Below, piece after piece: positions 23,148 to 33,605 of a stretch of DNA of 39,425 nucleotides. The number at the start of each line of letters is the position of its first letter. The stretch's first letter is position 1. The position numbers and the translations under genes were made by a program. A model generated the notes under the pieces. That model searched no databases and was not told the origin of the DNA. It saw nothing but the letters and a program-made list of their open reading frames with translations. Origin of the DNA: a virus (taxonomy: Duplodnaviria; Caudoviricetes); the IMG/VR virus record IMGVR_UViG_3300016665_000074, positions 1-39,425 of that record. The stretch is one strand, 5' to 3'.

Positions 23148-26100
23148 GCGAAAGAGAAGCAGCCCAAAAAGCATACGCCGAACGTCAGAAGTCTCTTAAC
23201 CCTTCTGCATTTGACACCCTTGGCGCATTCAACAAGTACTACCAGAAGCCTGGTAAGGAAACATCATTTGCTGTTCCACTAGATTTTGCTGCTGCTATTC
23301 CTGTACAGGATAGAGCAAAGCTAATCGAGTCATTTAATCCTACGACTCGTACATTCAAAGAAGAATATTTTAATACATTTGTTCGACCAAAACTACCTGC
23401 TAATCAGCAAGAGAACAGCCTATGGGCTAAGACAGCAGCAACTTTAGAGAAAGGCTATAACTTAGCCGCTCAAGCGGTTGTCTTTGGTCTTGGTATAGCG
23501 GAAGAAAACAATCCGTTATGGAAAGGCCAGTTCAACGTAGAGCGTATCCGCGAGTCTTGGGATGCTGCTAGAAATATCTCTCCTGGTCAGATGATGCTCA
23601 ATACGTTAGCTCAGAACTCTATCTCGCTATTTGACCAAGTAACAGGAACATTGGGCGATTCTTTTATCAGAGAGAACCTACTCTTTGGTGCAAACAACTT
23701 TGATATCTACAACTCAGCTGAGCGCAAGAAAGCTTTCGAAGAGCAAACTCTAGGACGTGTAGGTTCCTGGACTGGTGACGTAATATCACGATTTGTTATA
23801 GACCCAGCAATCGTAGTAGGTAAAGCCTATAAGGTTTACAAAGCTGGCAAGTACGCATTTAAGAGTGCAGATGAATTTACTAAGATTACGACTGCTGCAC
23901 CTGCAGACTTAACAAAGCGTCAGCAAAGACTTCGTGCAACGTTCAATGATTTTCTTGAGCGCACTGATGGTCTTGATGAGCAGAATCTTTTCCGTGTTAA
24001 AGCTATCCGTGAATCCTCTAACCCAGGAATTATGGCTAACCTATTGGCTACAGCCAACAAGATTGAGGATAAAACAGCTCGTCACGCAGCTAAGACAAAC
24101 CTCATTCATATGGCAATGGGCGACGAAGATGCCTTCGTAAACCTAGTCAATCAGAGTGACCTTCTTGCAGCGCAGGTAGCAAGCCTTCGTAGCGAAGTGC
24201 CTCAGATGAAGTTCTTAACAGGTAGAACTTCTGAAGATGGTCAGATGGCTTTCAACTATATGAACGATGGCGCTGAGTATCAGAAGCACCTAGAACTTAT
24301 CAAAGAGTACGAAGAAGACATTGATAAGATTCACAAACAACTTTCCGTTATCGGCACAATGGACCCTAAGAAGGTTCCGTTCGTAGATGTTGGTAGCGAT
24401 ATCCGTCGTCAGTTTGTAAACAGCCAAAACTTTATTGACTTCCGTTCCAACTCAGGAACTATGGTCAGATTCCACACGGGCTTTTTCTACAAGCGTCCTC
24501 GTGGTTGGATTGACTACACAGACAACCAGAGCGTACAAACTGTAGACAATCAGCTTAGCCGCGTAGTTGGTCTTGGAGACCGCCAACGCAAGATTTACCA
24601 AGCTGAGATTGACTTACTTAAGACAAAGATTGCAGCTACAACCGACAAGGATGAAATAGCTACACTTAATAAGAAGCTTAAGAAGACTCAAGGCTTTATG
24701 GATAGAGCTTCTTCATTCTCAGTAGAACGCCGCAACGAGTTATTTAGAAAATACACAGAGGCCGTAGACGCTGACCAAAGAGCTTTTGCTCACGCTGAAA
24801 TCGAAAGAGAACTGTTTACAACAGTAGCTCGTCAGTTTGGATACAGCGATAATGAGGTAGCTAAGGCTTACAGCCTATTTGCTAACCGTCGTCAGCAGTC
24901 AACTAACCTGATTAAAGAGCGTCTATATACTGGAGCCATTGACCCTAAGACTGGTTTGCCAGTAGGCGTAAAGGCCGTTGTTGATGAAGATGGCTTATCG
25001 CACGTCTTTGCAGCTCCTATCAATGAAACTCAGTTGGCTAAGCAGATGCCTACACTTGACATTGACACAATGTACAAAGTGCTTAAGAGAGCAAATGCTG
25101 CAGAACGCTTGAAAGATGCAACAACTGGCGCCCCTGTAATCTACAATGCCTACAGCAAAGCTATGCAAGCCAAGATGGGTGCAGGAGATTTAGCTGATGC
25201 GCTTGACCAACTACTTAAGTTCCAGGTTTTAGCCCGTCTAGGTTACCCAGTACGTAACTTGACAGAGGGCAACCTACGTGTATTCAGCGTTCTTGGTGCT
25301 TGGACAATGCTTGAGACTCTAGCTAAGGGCTCAATGAACAAGATGGCTAACCTGGTTAATGGTATCGGTGGCAAGAATGCCGCAGCAGATGCCCTTGACT
25401 TTGCACAGAAAGCTTCATTACAGGCTGAACGTAACAAATTGTTAGCAGCTCGTGAGTTAGTTGATGATACAACTCAGCTTGATGCACAGATTTTTGAGAT
25501 TGACAGTGTGCTTGAAGGTAAAGCTTCTCTCAAGCAGGAGTTTGGTGTAGGTGAGATTGAACTATTCGGTCTTAAGTTGCAAGATGCTAAGGGTCTTACC
25601 CCAGCACAAGCTGCTTACTACAACGATAAGTTCATTTCCTCAGCAGGTCAGGTAGTAGATACCAGCCTAAGTCAGGTCAAAGATTCAATCACTAACTCTA
25701 TCCAGCTAACTGGTGACTTTGTTCGTGTCAATGGTACAGACCCCAACTGGGCTGAGGCTTATCTTCGTGTGGTTAACCGCCAAGTTCGTGGTTCAAAGAT
25801 TGGTGTTAAGTTCCTCGAAGGCAAGAGCATTGATGAAGTTGAGATGTGGCTACAGACCTCAGATGAAGGTCGTCGTATCCTACGTCCATTCACTCGTATC
25901 GGTAAGACTGCTCGTGAACTAGCCGAAGAAAACGCTGAGAACGTCCGTCATTTATTTAGAGGTGACTCTGAATTTATGGCTACAGCGCTAAAGCGCAACC
26001 TTACTGCAGATGACATCACAAGATTCTTGGGCGATGTAGCTGATTCATATCCTTCAGTCAACGGTGCTCAGGTATCTGAGGTACTAGGTGGCAATATCGT

Positions 26101-27811
26101 TACCCGCCTATCTTCTGAAGTAGCTAATAAGTTCTATAAGTGGGCTGGTGAAGTACCTGAGTCCCGTCTTGTTCGCTCTCCTTTGTATGTCAACCTATAC
26201 CGTCGCCGTTTAGGCGCTTTGGTTGAACAGGCTATCGAGACAACAAAGGGCGATACCATTGACCCACGTTATCTACGCAGCCTTGAGAATAAAGCTCGCC
26301 AATGGGCTAGAGCAGAACTACGTAGAACTGTATATGACGTAGCAGAAAAGACAGATGCTGCGTATACCTTGAAGTATGTATTCCCGTTCTTCGGAGCATT
26401 CTCTGACGTTATGGAGAAATGGTTACGTATTGGTCTGGATAACCCAGCGGCACTACGTGCTCTACAGATGACATACGAATCACCTGACCGTATGGGTATG
26501 GTTGAAGAACGTGATGGTATTAAGTACATCAACGTACCTGCAGAGTGGATGAAGCGTATGGGTATCAGCGACAGACCACTTCAGATTCCTAAACCATCAC
26601 TAAACCTTATCTTTCAGGGTGGTGCTTGGTGGAACCCAGGTGCAGGATGGTTCGCACAGTACGCTCTTTCAAGCTTAGTATCTAAGTATCCTAACCTTGA
26701 GAAGACTAAGCTTATTGAAGAAGTTCTACCTTATGGTGCACAGGATAGAAGTGTTAAGGATTTGCTAGTTCAATCAGCAGCAGCTCGTAAAGCTTTTGCT
26801 TATATGAACGAGGATGACCCTATGCGTCAGCGTATGACAGTCCTTATTATGGCTGAAGAGAACGCTAAGTATGACCAAGGTCTACGCGATACTCGTCCAA
26901 CCAAAAAGGAAGTCAACGATAAAGCTCTACGCGTTCTAGCGCTAGAAGTTGCAAGTCGCCTTTTGCTACCTTTTGCTACCAACACCCGTAGCCCTTATCA
27001 GTTCTACATTGACAAGTATCAGGAACTACGTCAGACAGACCCTGATAATGCAGCTGAAATCTTCTACAACAGATACGGTGCAGATTATTTCTACTTTACT
27101 ACTAGCCTTTCAAAGAACAATACTGGTATTGCTGCAACCCTAAGCGCCTATGAGCGCTCGCAACAACTATCTGATTTGATTGCAGAAAGCCCAGAGTACG
27201 GCTGGTTCCTAGTAGGAGATGCCAATGCTGGAGAGTTCTCACCTACAGTTTATGGTAATCAGTTCGAAGACCCAGTAGCTCCTGGTTCAACTATCAAATA
27301 CAGAGGGCGCAAAGACCCTTATGAGGCATTTGAGGAAACCCAAGCAAATCTAGGATGGCGTGAATACCGTAAGGGTATGGCAATCCTTGAGGCTCAGCGT
27401 ATTGATAGAGGGCTTAAGAGCCTAACATCAAAGGGTGCTGAAGACCTAGCTTTAGCTAAGGCTGAGTTCATTAATAACCTCATACAGGAATACCCAGGAT
27501 GGGGTAAGGCTTACGGCGAAATTGATATTCAATCAGTCAATAAGTTCCTCAATCAAGCAAGCAAGTGGGTGTCAGACCCTCGTCTATCTGGTCGTCAAGA
27601 TATGCAAACCTTTAGAGATTATCTAGAAGGACGCAGATATCTTAGAGAACAGCTAGCTACCAGAACATCTAAGTCTATTAATGCTGAATCTAATGCTGAC
27701 TTAAGAGCTTTATGGGATGAATTCACTGGCGCATTACTAGATGAAGATATTACTTTTGAAAGAATCTATTACCGAATTCTTGAAAAAGATGACCTTACGA
27801 AAGGCTTCTAA
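23144..27811 (+). CDS. Very large internal virion / DNA-ejection protein
   Basis: 1555 aa, helical, in the head module of a genome lacking tape-measure or tail-tube genes. Confidence 0.65.
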   Translation: MSEREAAQKAYAERQKSLNPSAFDTLGAFNKYYQKPGKETSFAVPLDFAAAIPVQDRAKLIESFNPTTRTFKEEYFNTFVRPKLPANQQENSLWAKTAATLEKGYNLAAQAVVFGLGIAEENNPLWKGQFNVERIRESWDAARNISPGQMMLNTLAQNSISLFDQVTGTLGDSFIRENLLFGANNFDIYNSAERKKAFEEQTLGRVGSWTGDVISRFVIDPAIVVGKAYKVYKAGKYAFKSADEFTKITTAAPADLTKRQQRLRATFNDFLERTDGLDEQNLFRVKAIRESSNPGIMANLLATANKIEDKTARHAAKTNLIHMAMGDEDAFVNLVNQSDLLAAQVASLRSEVPQMKFLTGRTSEDGQMAFNYMNDGAEYQKHLELIKEYEEDIDKIHKQLSVIGTMDPKKVPFVDVGSDIRRQFVNSQNFIDFRSNSGTMVRFHTGFFYKRPRGWIDYTDNQSVQTVDNQLSRVVGLGDRQRKIYQAEIDLLKTKIAATTDKDEIATLNKKLKKTQGFMDRASSFSVERRNELFRKYTEAVDADQRAFAHAEIERELFTTVARQFGYSDNEVAKAYSLFANRRQQSTNLIKERLYTGAIDPKTGLPVGVKAVVDEDGLSHVFAAPINETQLAKQMPTLDIDTMYKVLKRANAAERLKDATTGAPVIYNAYSKAMQAKMGAGDLADALDQLLKFQVLARLGYPVRNLTEGNLRVFSVLGAWTMLETLAKGSMNKMANLVNGIGGKNAAADALDFAQKASLQAERNKLLAARELVDDTTQLDAQIFEIDSVLEGKASLKQEFGVGEIELFGLKLQDAKGLTPAQAAYYNDKFISSAGQVVDTSLSQVKDSITNSIQLTGDFVRVNGTDPNWAEAYLRVVNRQVRGSKIGVKFLEGKSIDEVEMWLQTSDEGRRILRPFTRIGKTARELAEENAENVRHLFRGDSEFMATALKRNLTADDITRFLGDVADSYPSVNGAQVSEVLGGNIVTRLSSEVANKFYKWAGEVPESRLVRSPLYVNLYRRRLGALVEQAIETTKGDTIDPRYLRSLENKARQWARAELRRTVYDVAEKTDAAYTLKYVFPFFGAFSDVMEKWLRIGLDNPAALRALQMTYESPDRMGMVEERDGIKYINVPAEWMKRMGISDRPLQIPKPSLNLIFQGGAWWNPGAGWFAQYALSSLVSKYPNLEKTKLIEEVLPYGAQDRSVKDLLVQSAAARKAFAYMNEDDPMRQRMTVLIMAEENAKYDQGLRDTRPTKKEVNDKALRVLALEVASRLLLPFATNTRSPYQFYIDKYQELRQTDPDNAAEIFYNRYGADYFYFTTSLSKNNTGIAATLSAYERSQQLSDLIAESPEYGWFLVGDANAGEFSPTVYGNQFEDPVAPGSTIKYRGRKDPYEAFEETQANLGWREYRKGMAILEAQRIDRGLKSLTSKGAEDLALAKAEFINNLIQEYPGWGKAYGEIDIQSVNKFLNQASKWVSDPRLSGRQDMQTFRDYLEGRRYLREQLATRTSKSINAESNADLRALWDEFTGALLDEDITFERIYYRILEKDDLTKGF

Positions 27812-28563
27812 TGGCACGATATAGAGAAAGCAACGCCTTAAGCATACTAAAGGGTGGCACCGCCTCTGGCGCTACTGGAGCTAAAGGTGAAGTTTATTTT
27901 GGTGAAGAGACTCGTACCATAAATATGCCTAAAAGAGGTACTAAAAAAATTACAGTTAGCAAGACCAAGAGCTTAGCTGATGCTATTGCTATGGCTTACA
28001 CCTGGACAGATGCTGAGCGTAAAGCATTCGTAGCTAAAGCACGGGCTTTAGGTTATGACGATACGACAGACCTAACATCTCCTAACCTATGGGCAATGGC
28101 TGTCAATGGGGCCTCTGAATGGTACAAGAATTCTAATGGTCAGGTAAAGATTACCCCTGAAGAATACCTTGAATGGTATGCAAAGAGTAAGGGCGTTGGC
28201 GAAGATAAAGGCCCAACTACAAATAAGACCATCACCCAATATGGAGCACCTCAAATTCGTGACTGGATTAATGAAGGCTTGAGTAGAAAGTTTGGAAGAA
28301 CCTTTGAGTCCTTGACTCAAGAAGAACGTTCAACTCTATTCAATGCAGTTAAGGATTATTCAGAAAAGGCTGCCGTAACAATCTCTAAGGCTGGTAAGAA
28401 AGGTACAACAATTACTACTGTTAAACCTGGTGCCACAACTGCTGGAATTCAAGAAGTAGTTGAAGAAACTGCTATGAATATTCCAGGACTTGTTTCTGAT
28501 AAAGAACGTCAAGACCGCATTAACTTCTCACAGTGGTTGACACAGAATGCGCCAGGTGCATAA
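27811..28563 (+). CDS. Putative internal virion protein
   Basis: TAATG-coupled at both ends. Confidence 0.6.
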   Translation: MARYRESNALSILKGGTASGATGAKGEVYFGEETRTINMPKRGTKKITVSKTKSLADAIAMAYTWTDAERKAFVAKARALGYDDTTDLTSPNLWAMAVNGASEWYKNSNGQVKITPEEYLEWYAKSKGVGEDKGPTTNKTITQYGAPQIRDWINEGLSRKFGRTFESLTQEERSTLFNAVKDYSEKAAVTISKAGKKGTTITTVKPGATTAGIQEVVEETAMNIPGLVSDKERQDRINFSQWLTQNAPGA

Positions 28564-29495
28564 TGGCATTTCCTAATGCAGTAATTGATGGCGGTGGGTC
28601 TCTAGACGGAGATACAACTGGCCTAACTGGTCTACCAAATGTAACCGTAGTTGCAGGAGCTGGCGTTGAGACAGCTGCAGCCTACGGAATCAGCGAAGCA
28701 TTACTGAGCCTTTTCCCTGAACTCCAGGCAGTATTTGATTTGTTCAAAGCTGGCAAGACTGGCGAAGCCCTAGAGAAGCTATACCAAACAAACTATTACA
28801 AGAACTATAGCCCTCTAATTAAGTCCCGTTTCAAACTTAAGGCAGAACAACCTGGCGTATATACCAGCGAACTTGGTAAGTTTATTGAAACTCAACGTCG
28901 TCGCCTTGTGCAAGCTGGCATCAGGTTAGACGATGCAACCCTAAAGGCTACTCTAACCACAGCATTTGAAAATGCTTTTGATGATAATCAAATTGATGCA
29001 GCCATTATGGCCACAGGCAAGGTATCTAAAATCGGTGGAGATATCCTTGGAAACATATCATCACTTAAGTCATATGCTCGCGCCTTTGGTGTAGCAGGTC
29101 TATACAATGACCAAGCTTGGGACCAAATTAGCCGCGACCTATTTGAAGAGAAGACAACTGAAGAAGACATTCAGAACACAATCAGAAATCTTGCAGCAAG
29201 CGCATATCCAGCATTTGCTCAGGGTATCTTAAATGGTCAGTCAATGGAAGTACAGGGCTCATACATTACCCAGACTTTGTCTAGCGTATTAGAGCGCCCT
29301 ATCACTCTTGATAGCCCTGAGGCTAAAAGATTCCTTCAGTATATAAATCCTCAAAGTGGAAAGCCAGAACTTATTCCACAATGGATGGTTGAAAAAGAAG
29401 GTAAGAAGTTACCTGGTTGGGAATTTACCGACAACGCTATAGCAACTATTGATTCATTGAGTTTAAGGTCGCTTAGAGATTGGGGATTAGTTTAA
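28563..29495 (+). CDS. Putative internal virion protein
   Basis: Start revised to ATG 28563 (TAATG); helical. Confidence 0.6.
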   Translation: MAFPNAVIDGGGSLDGDTTGLTGLPNVTVVAGAGVETAAAYGISEALLSLFPELQAVFDLFKAGKTGEALEKLYQTNYYKNYSPLIKSRFKLKAEQPGVYTSELGKFIETQRRRLVQAGIRLDDATLKATLTTAFENAFDDNQIDAAIMATGKVSKIGGDILGNISSLKSYARAFGVAGLYNDQAWDQISRDLFEEKTTEEDIQNTIRNLAASAYPAFAQGILNGQSMEVQGSYITQTLSSVLERPITLDSPEAKRFLQYINPQSGKPELIPQWMVEKEGKKLPGWEFTDNAIATIDSLSLRSLRDWGLV

Positions 29496-31726
29496 TGTTT
29501 AACTTCAATTTTAATCTAAATCAGATTGACGGCTTTGGAGATTCAGTTAGCCTTGCTAATTTAGAAAAAGAAATAGCTGCACTTGCTAGCGTAGCTACAG
29601 CTGCAGCAGTTAATTCTCCTGCAGTAGTCGATTCACCTAAAAATACAACTCCTAGTACAGCAGCTGTACAAACTGTAGTCAATCAGGTAATCCAAGCAGT
29701 AGCCCCAGTAGTTGCTCCAACTGTACCTAGTAAGGTAATCTCAAAACTTGAGCCAATCATTGCAGATAGTGTTGCTACCAACCCTAAAGTTATTGCCAGC
29801 CCAGCTGGTGTAACCATACCTGCTTCTGCTACAAATGCAATAGCTTCAACTATTTCAACCACTTTTAAGACTGATGCTCAGAAGGATGCAGAGCTAGCAG
29901 CTGCTATCAAGACAGTAGCAACGACTCCCGTTACTAGTAAGCCTGAGGTTGTAACTCAGCCAGGAACTACTGCTACAACAACTGCAAAGCCTGAGGCTGT
30001 TAACTTACCATTTGATACGACTAAACCTGCTACTTCACAGACGATGCCGTTTGATACAACCAAGCCTGCATCTACAGTTAATCTAACTACAACCACAGCA
30101 ACTACAACCGCAGCTGCGAATGTACAAGCACCTCAAAACTTTACTGGTCGTGGTATATCTAACGACCCATTAAAGGTTAATGGAACCGCATTCACAGGTA
30201 ATCGTAATGGAATCGAATACAAGAATGGTGTAGCTGTAAATGCTAGCCGAGCCGACATTCTTGAGGCAGATAGACTTGCCAACGAAGCTGCAGAGGTAGC
30301 TAAAAGAGCAGCAACAAATCCTCTTTACAACCCTGCTCAGCGCCCTGAAGGAAAGATTGATAATGGTTTCATTATTTATTACTCCTGGGTTGGTGGTTCA
30401 ACAAGCGGTGAATGGAAAGCATATCGCGCTCCAGTAAATCCAACCAATATGGCCAAGTATGGTTCACGCGTTTTTGGTGGAGACACACAACAAGCGGGAG
30501 CCTCAGCGATAGGTGCAAACAGCTTAGAAGAACAGCCAATGCCAACCTATGATAAAGATGGAAATCTTAATGGTTACACATTAGGTGGAAAAACATTTAG
30601 CTCTACTGGATTTACAGGAACTACTACAAGTGGCGTAACATCAGGTGTTACTGGTGGAGTAACTAGCGGTGTGACTGGAGGCGTAACCTCTGGTGTTACT
30701 GGCGGTGTTACCTCAGGGGTTACCTCAGGAGTTACAGGTGGCGTAACCAGTGGAGTAACGGGTGGTGTTACTAGTGGTGTGACTGGTGGAGTTACATCTG
30801 GTGTAACTGGTGGCGTAACTTCAGGCGTTACATCTGGTACAACTACTAGACCAACAACTACAACTCCAACCACTACAGCAACTACAGCAACTCCTGTAGT
30901 TGACATTAATAGACAGTCAGCTATCAAATCACTTCAGGACCGCTTTGCTAAATATGGTCTATCAAGTCTTGCTAATAAGATTCTTGAACTTGCTCAAGAT
31001 GGAGCAACTGAAGCAACAATTACTTTGCAGTTGCAAGAAACTCCTGAGTATCAAATGCGCTTCCGCGCCAACCAAGAACGTCTCAAGAAGGGGCTCACAG
31101 TTCTTACTCCTGCTGAGTATCTAAACCTTGAAGACGGATACCGTCAGATTCTTAGAGCTTATGGCTTAAGACAATTTGATACTGATGACTATGTACAACA
31201 GTTCATCTCTAATGATGTATCTCCTGCAGAGCTGTCTAACCGAGTAGTTACAGCTGTACAACGAGTTCAGAATGCTGACCCACAGATAGCAAGAACTCTA
31301 CGTGACTTCTATGGTATCGGTCAAGAAGACTTAGTTGCTTATGTTCTTGACCCAGAGCAACAGTTCCAGAGAATCGAACGTCAAGTAGCTGCAGCTGAAA
31401 TCGGAACAGCAGCACGACTACAGGGAATTGAAGCAGGAGTAGGAACCGCTGAAGCTCTAGCAGCTCAGGGAATTACTCAAGCTGAAGCTCGACGCGGTTA
31501 CTCAACAATCGCAGACATTCTTCCAACAGCCGAGAAACTCAGCGAAATTTATGGCGGAGTAGAAAAAGGCTATGGACTAGCAGAGGCTGAGCAAGAGGTA
31601 TTCAACTCGCTCGCTGAAGCACAACGCAGACGTCAAAGACTTGCAAGCCGTGAGGCTGCACAGTTTGGTGGCACATCTGGCGTATCTCGTGTAGGCCTAA
31701 CACAACAACAACGAGGCCAATTCTAG
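29495..31726 (+). CDS. Putative internal virion protein with Thr-rich and GVT(S/G)-repeat linker
   Basis: Start revised to ATG 29495; low-complexity N-terminal two-thirds, helical C-terminal domain. Confidence 0.65.
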   Translation: MFNFNFNLNQIDGFGDSVSLANLEKEIAALASVATAAAVNSPAVVDSPKNTTPSTAAVQTVVNQVIQAVAPVVAPTVPSKVISKLEPIIADSVATNPKVIASPAGVTIPASATNAIASTISTTFKTDAQKDAELAAAIKTVATTPVTSKPEVVTQPGTTATTTAKPEAVNLPFDTTKPATSQTMPFDTTKPASTVNLTTTTATTTAAANVQAPQNFTGRGISNDPLKVNGTAFTGNRNGIEYKNGVAVNASRADILEADRLANEAAEVAKRAATNPLYNPAQRPEGKIDNGFIIYYSWVGGSTSGEWKAYRAPVNPTNMAKYGSRVFGGDTQQAGASAIGANSLEEQPMPTYDKDGNLNGYTLGGKTFSSTGFTGTTTSGVTSGVTGGVTSGVTGGVTSGVTGGVTSGVTSGVTGGVTSGVTGGVTSGVTGGVTSGVTGGVTSGVTSGTTTRPTTTTPTTTATTATPVVDINRQSAIKSLQDRFAKYGLSSLANKILELAQDGATEATITLQLQETPEYQMRFRANQERLKKGLTVLTPAEYLNLEDGYRQILRAYGLRQFDTDDYVQQFISNDVSPAELSNRVVTAVQRVQNADPQIARTLRDFYGIGQEDLVAYVLDPEQQFQRIERQVAAAEIGTAARLQGIEAGVGTAEALAAQGITQAEARRGYSTIADILPTAEKLSEIYGGVEKGYGLAEAEQEVFNSLAEAQRRRQRLASREAAQFGGTSGVSRVGLTQQQRGQF
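30626..30840 (+). repeat. 12-nt-period coding repeat (GVTS/GVTG, about 17 units)
   Basis: Visible in the translation; codons differ between units. Confidence 0.9.
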
Positions 31727-31729
31727 AAT

Positions 31730-31815
31730 CCTTGACAGGTCGACCAGCACTGTCAGGCGTATAAGACTGGTAGCAGAAGCCAACCCATTTCCCCGAATGG
31801 ACATTGAGGTCTGCG
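31730..31815 (+). ncRNA. Structured leader of the scaffold/capsid genes (pseudoknot plus UCCCCG-loop hairpin)
   Basis: TGACAG/CTGTCA stem, loop ACCAG pairs with CTGGT (31767-71); GCAGA/TCTGC closing CCATT-TCCCCG-AATGG. Confidence 0.55.
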
Positions 31816-31847
31816 AACTAACAACTAATAGAAGGGTGGAGGTTGCT

Positions 31848-32312
31848 ATGAGCAACAATTACTGGGATGACGAAGACGATGACTTTGACGGCGCTGAGCC
31901 TGTCGATGGCAGTGACTTGATTAAGAAGTTACGCAAAGCCAAGCGAGCAGATGAAAAGCGTATCAAGGAACTCACTGAGCAGCTTGAGGGATTTACCAAA
32001 GCGCAGCGTGAGCAAGTCGTACAGAAAGTCCTAGAAAAAAAGGGTGTACCCGCTAAGGCTGCACGTCTTGTCCTTAAAGATTTGGACGAAGTTAACGAGG
32101 AGACAGTATCTAACTGGCTCGAAGATAACGGAGACATCTTTGGATACAAGCCTGCAGAGGAAGATTCCAAGAGAGATATCGCTGCATTGCGTCAGCAAGA
32201 TGCTCTCATTCACAATGCAGTTACTCCCGACAGAGCAGAAGACTTTGAACTACGTCTGAATAATGCGCAATCAGCAGACGAGATTCTAAGCCTACTGCGT
32301 TCGCAAGACTAA
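31848..32312 (+). CDS. Capsid scaffolding protein
   Basis: GGAGG RBS at ATG 31848; acidic N-terminus and coiled coil; directly upstream of the capsid gene. Confidence 0.75.
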   Translation: MSNNYWDDEDDDFDGAEPVDGSDLIKKLRKAKRADEKRIKELTEQLEGFTKAQREQVVQKVLEKKGVPAKAARLVLKDLDEVNEETVSNWLEDNGDIFGYKPAEEDSKRDIAALRQQDALIHNAVTPDRAEDFELRLNNAQSADEILSLLRSQD

Positions 32313-32344
32313 CTAACCGTTCATAGTCAAGGAGACTAAAACTA

Positions 32345-33547
32345 ATGTCAAACCAATATACGTCAACCGCGAGCACCTCGCTCGGCGGTACCGTAGGTGG
32401 CGCAGGTCTCGTACAGAAGGCGTATGACCGTCTTCTCGAGTTCGCTCTCCGCTCAGAACCTCTAATCCGTTCTGTCGCAGATAAGCGCCCAGCAAAGCAA
32501 TCATTCCCTGGAGCAACTGTAGTTCTCCAGAAGTATGTTGACCTAGACCAGGCAACATCAACACTAACAGAGACAACTGACCCAGATGCAGTTTCTCTAA
32601 CAACACCAACATCTGTAACCATCACTCTTAACGAGTACGGTAATGCAGTTCTAGTAACCCGTGCACTTGAGTTGTTCTCACTTGCAGACGTAGACCCAGC
32701 TATTGCAAACATTATTGCTTACAACCTAGCTGACTCTATCGATGCAGTTGCAATGACAACTCTACGCTCAGGTTCAAACAACATCTTCGCAGGTAACGCA
32801 ACATCCGTTGCTGACGTAGATGCTGCTGATACTGTTGATTCAGCTGACTTCCGTAAGGCAGTTGCTAAGCTACGTGGTAACAAGGCTAAGGCACGTCGCG
32901 GAAGCCTATACTGGACAGGTATTCACCCAGACGTTTCACACGACCTTCGTGCAGAAACTGGAAATATGGGCTGGAACTTCGTACACGCACAATCTAACCC
33001 AGCAGTTAATAACATCTGGGCAGGAGAAATCGGAGACTACGAAGGTTCATTCTTCGTTGAGTCACCACGTTTGTACAACGCTAAGACTGGTGCAGACCAG
33101 ACAGCATTGGCAACAACAGCTGTTACAGTTGCAGGTACTTCAGCAGGCTTCACCTTCGGTGTAGCTTCTTCTTCAGTTATCGCTTCTCGTGCAGAAGCTG
33201 GTGACAAGATTGCTGGAACTGGTATCGCATCTGGTGCAAAGATTACCAAGATTGAAACCAATGGTTCAACAACCACAATTACTGTAGACACAGCTAACAC
33301 AGCTGCTGTTACAGCTACAACAACTGTAACTGTAACTCCAGTAACACGTGTATACAACACAATCGTTTGCGGCGCTCAGGCAATGGCAGAAGCTGTAGCC
33401 GAAGAGCCACACGTAGTTATCGGTAACGTAACTGACAAGTTGATGCGCTTCCGCCCAATGGGCTGGTACGGCGTACTTGGCTTCGCAGTCTATCGTGACG
33501 AAGCGTTGTATCGCATTACTTCTGGTTCCTCAATCGCTGCTAAATAG
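32345..33547 (+). CDS. Major capsid protein (HK97 fold, N4-gp56/P22-like)
   Basis: AAGGAG RBS, strong codon bias, TLTET.DP, ITLNEYGN, IHPD, GEIG, DKLMRF.PMGWYG. Confidence 0.88.
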   Translation: MSNQYTSTASTSLGGTVGGAGLVQKAYDRLLEFALRSEPLIRSVADKRPAKQSFPGATVVLQKYVDLDQATSTLTETTDPDAVSLTTPTSVTITLNEYGNAVLVTRALELFSLADVDPAIANIIAYNLADSIDAVAMTTLRSGSNNIFAGNATSVADVDAADTVDSADFRKAVAKLRGNKAKARRGSLYWTGIHPDVSHDLRAETGNMGWNFVHAQSNPAVNNIWAGEIGDYEGSFFVESPRLYNAKTGADQTALATTAVTVAGTSAGFTFGVASSSVIASRAEAGDKIAGTGIASGAKITKIETNGSTTTITVDTANTAAVTATTTVTVTPVTRVYNTIVCGAQAMAEAVAEEPHVVIGNVTDKLMRFRPMGWYGVLGFAVYRDEALYRITSGSSIAAK

Positions 33548-33556
33548 TTGATTGAC

Positions 33557-33585
33557 TATCGGGCTAGGGAAACCTAGCCTGGTGG
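33557..33585 (+). terminator. GAAA-tetraloop hairpin after the capsid gene (attenuator/stabiliser)
   Basis: GGCTAGG-GAAA-CCTAGCC, extendable with G-U pairs; no U tract. Confidence 0.5.
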
Positions 33586-33605
33586 TGAGTTCACTAGGAG
33601 GACTT

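Noticed and set aside
23144-27811. Virion RNA polymerase or tape-measure call for the 1555-aa protein
   Set aside because: No recognisable polymerase motifs or tape-measure periodicity by eye; needs a profile or structure search
31732-31765. TTGACA...TATAAG as a SigA promoter
   Set aside because: Spacer is 22 nt, and TTGACA is better explained as part of the RNA stem
31730-31815. Pistol or HDV-like ribozyme call for the scaffold leader
   Set aside because: The pseudoknot is present, but I cannot place the P2/P3 stems or conserved catalytic residues; left as an unassigned structured RNA
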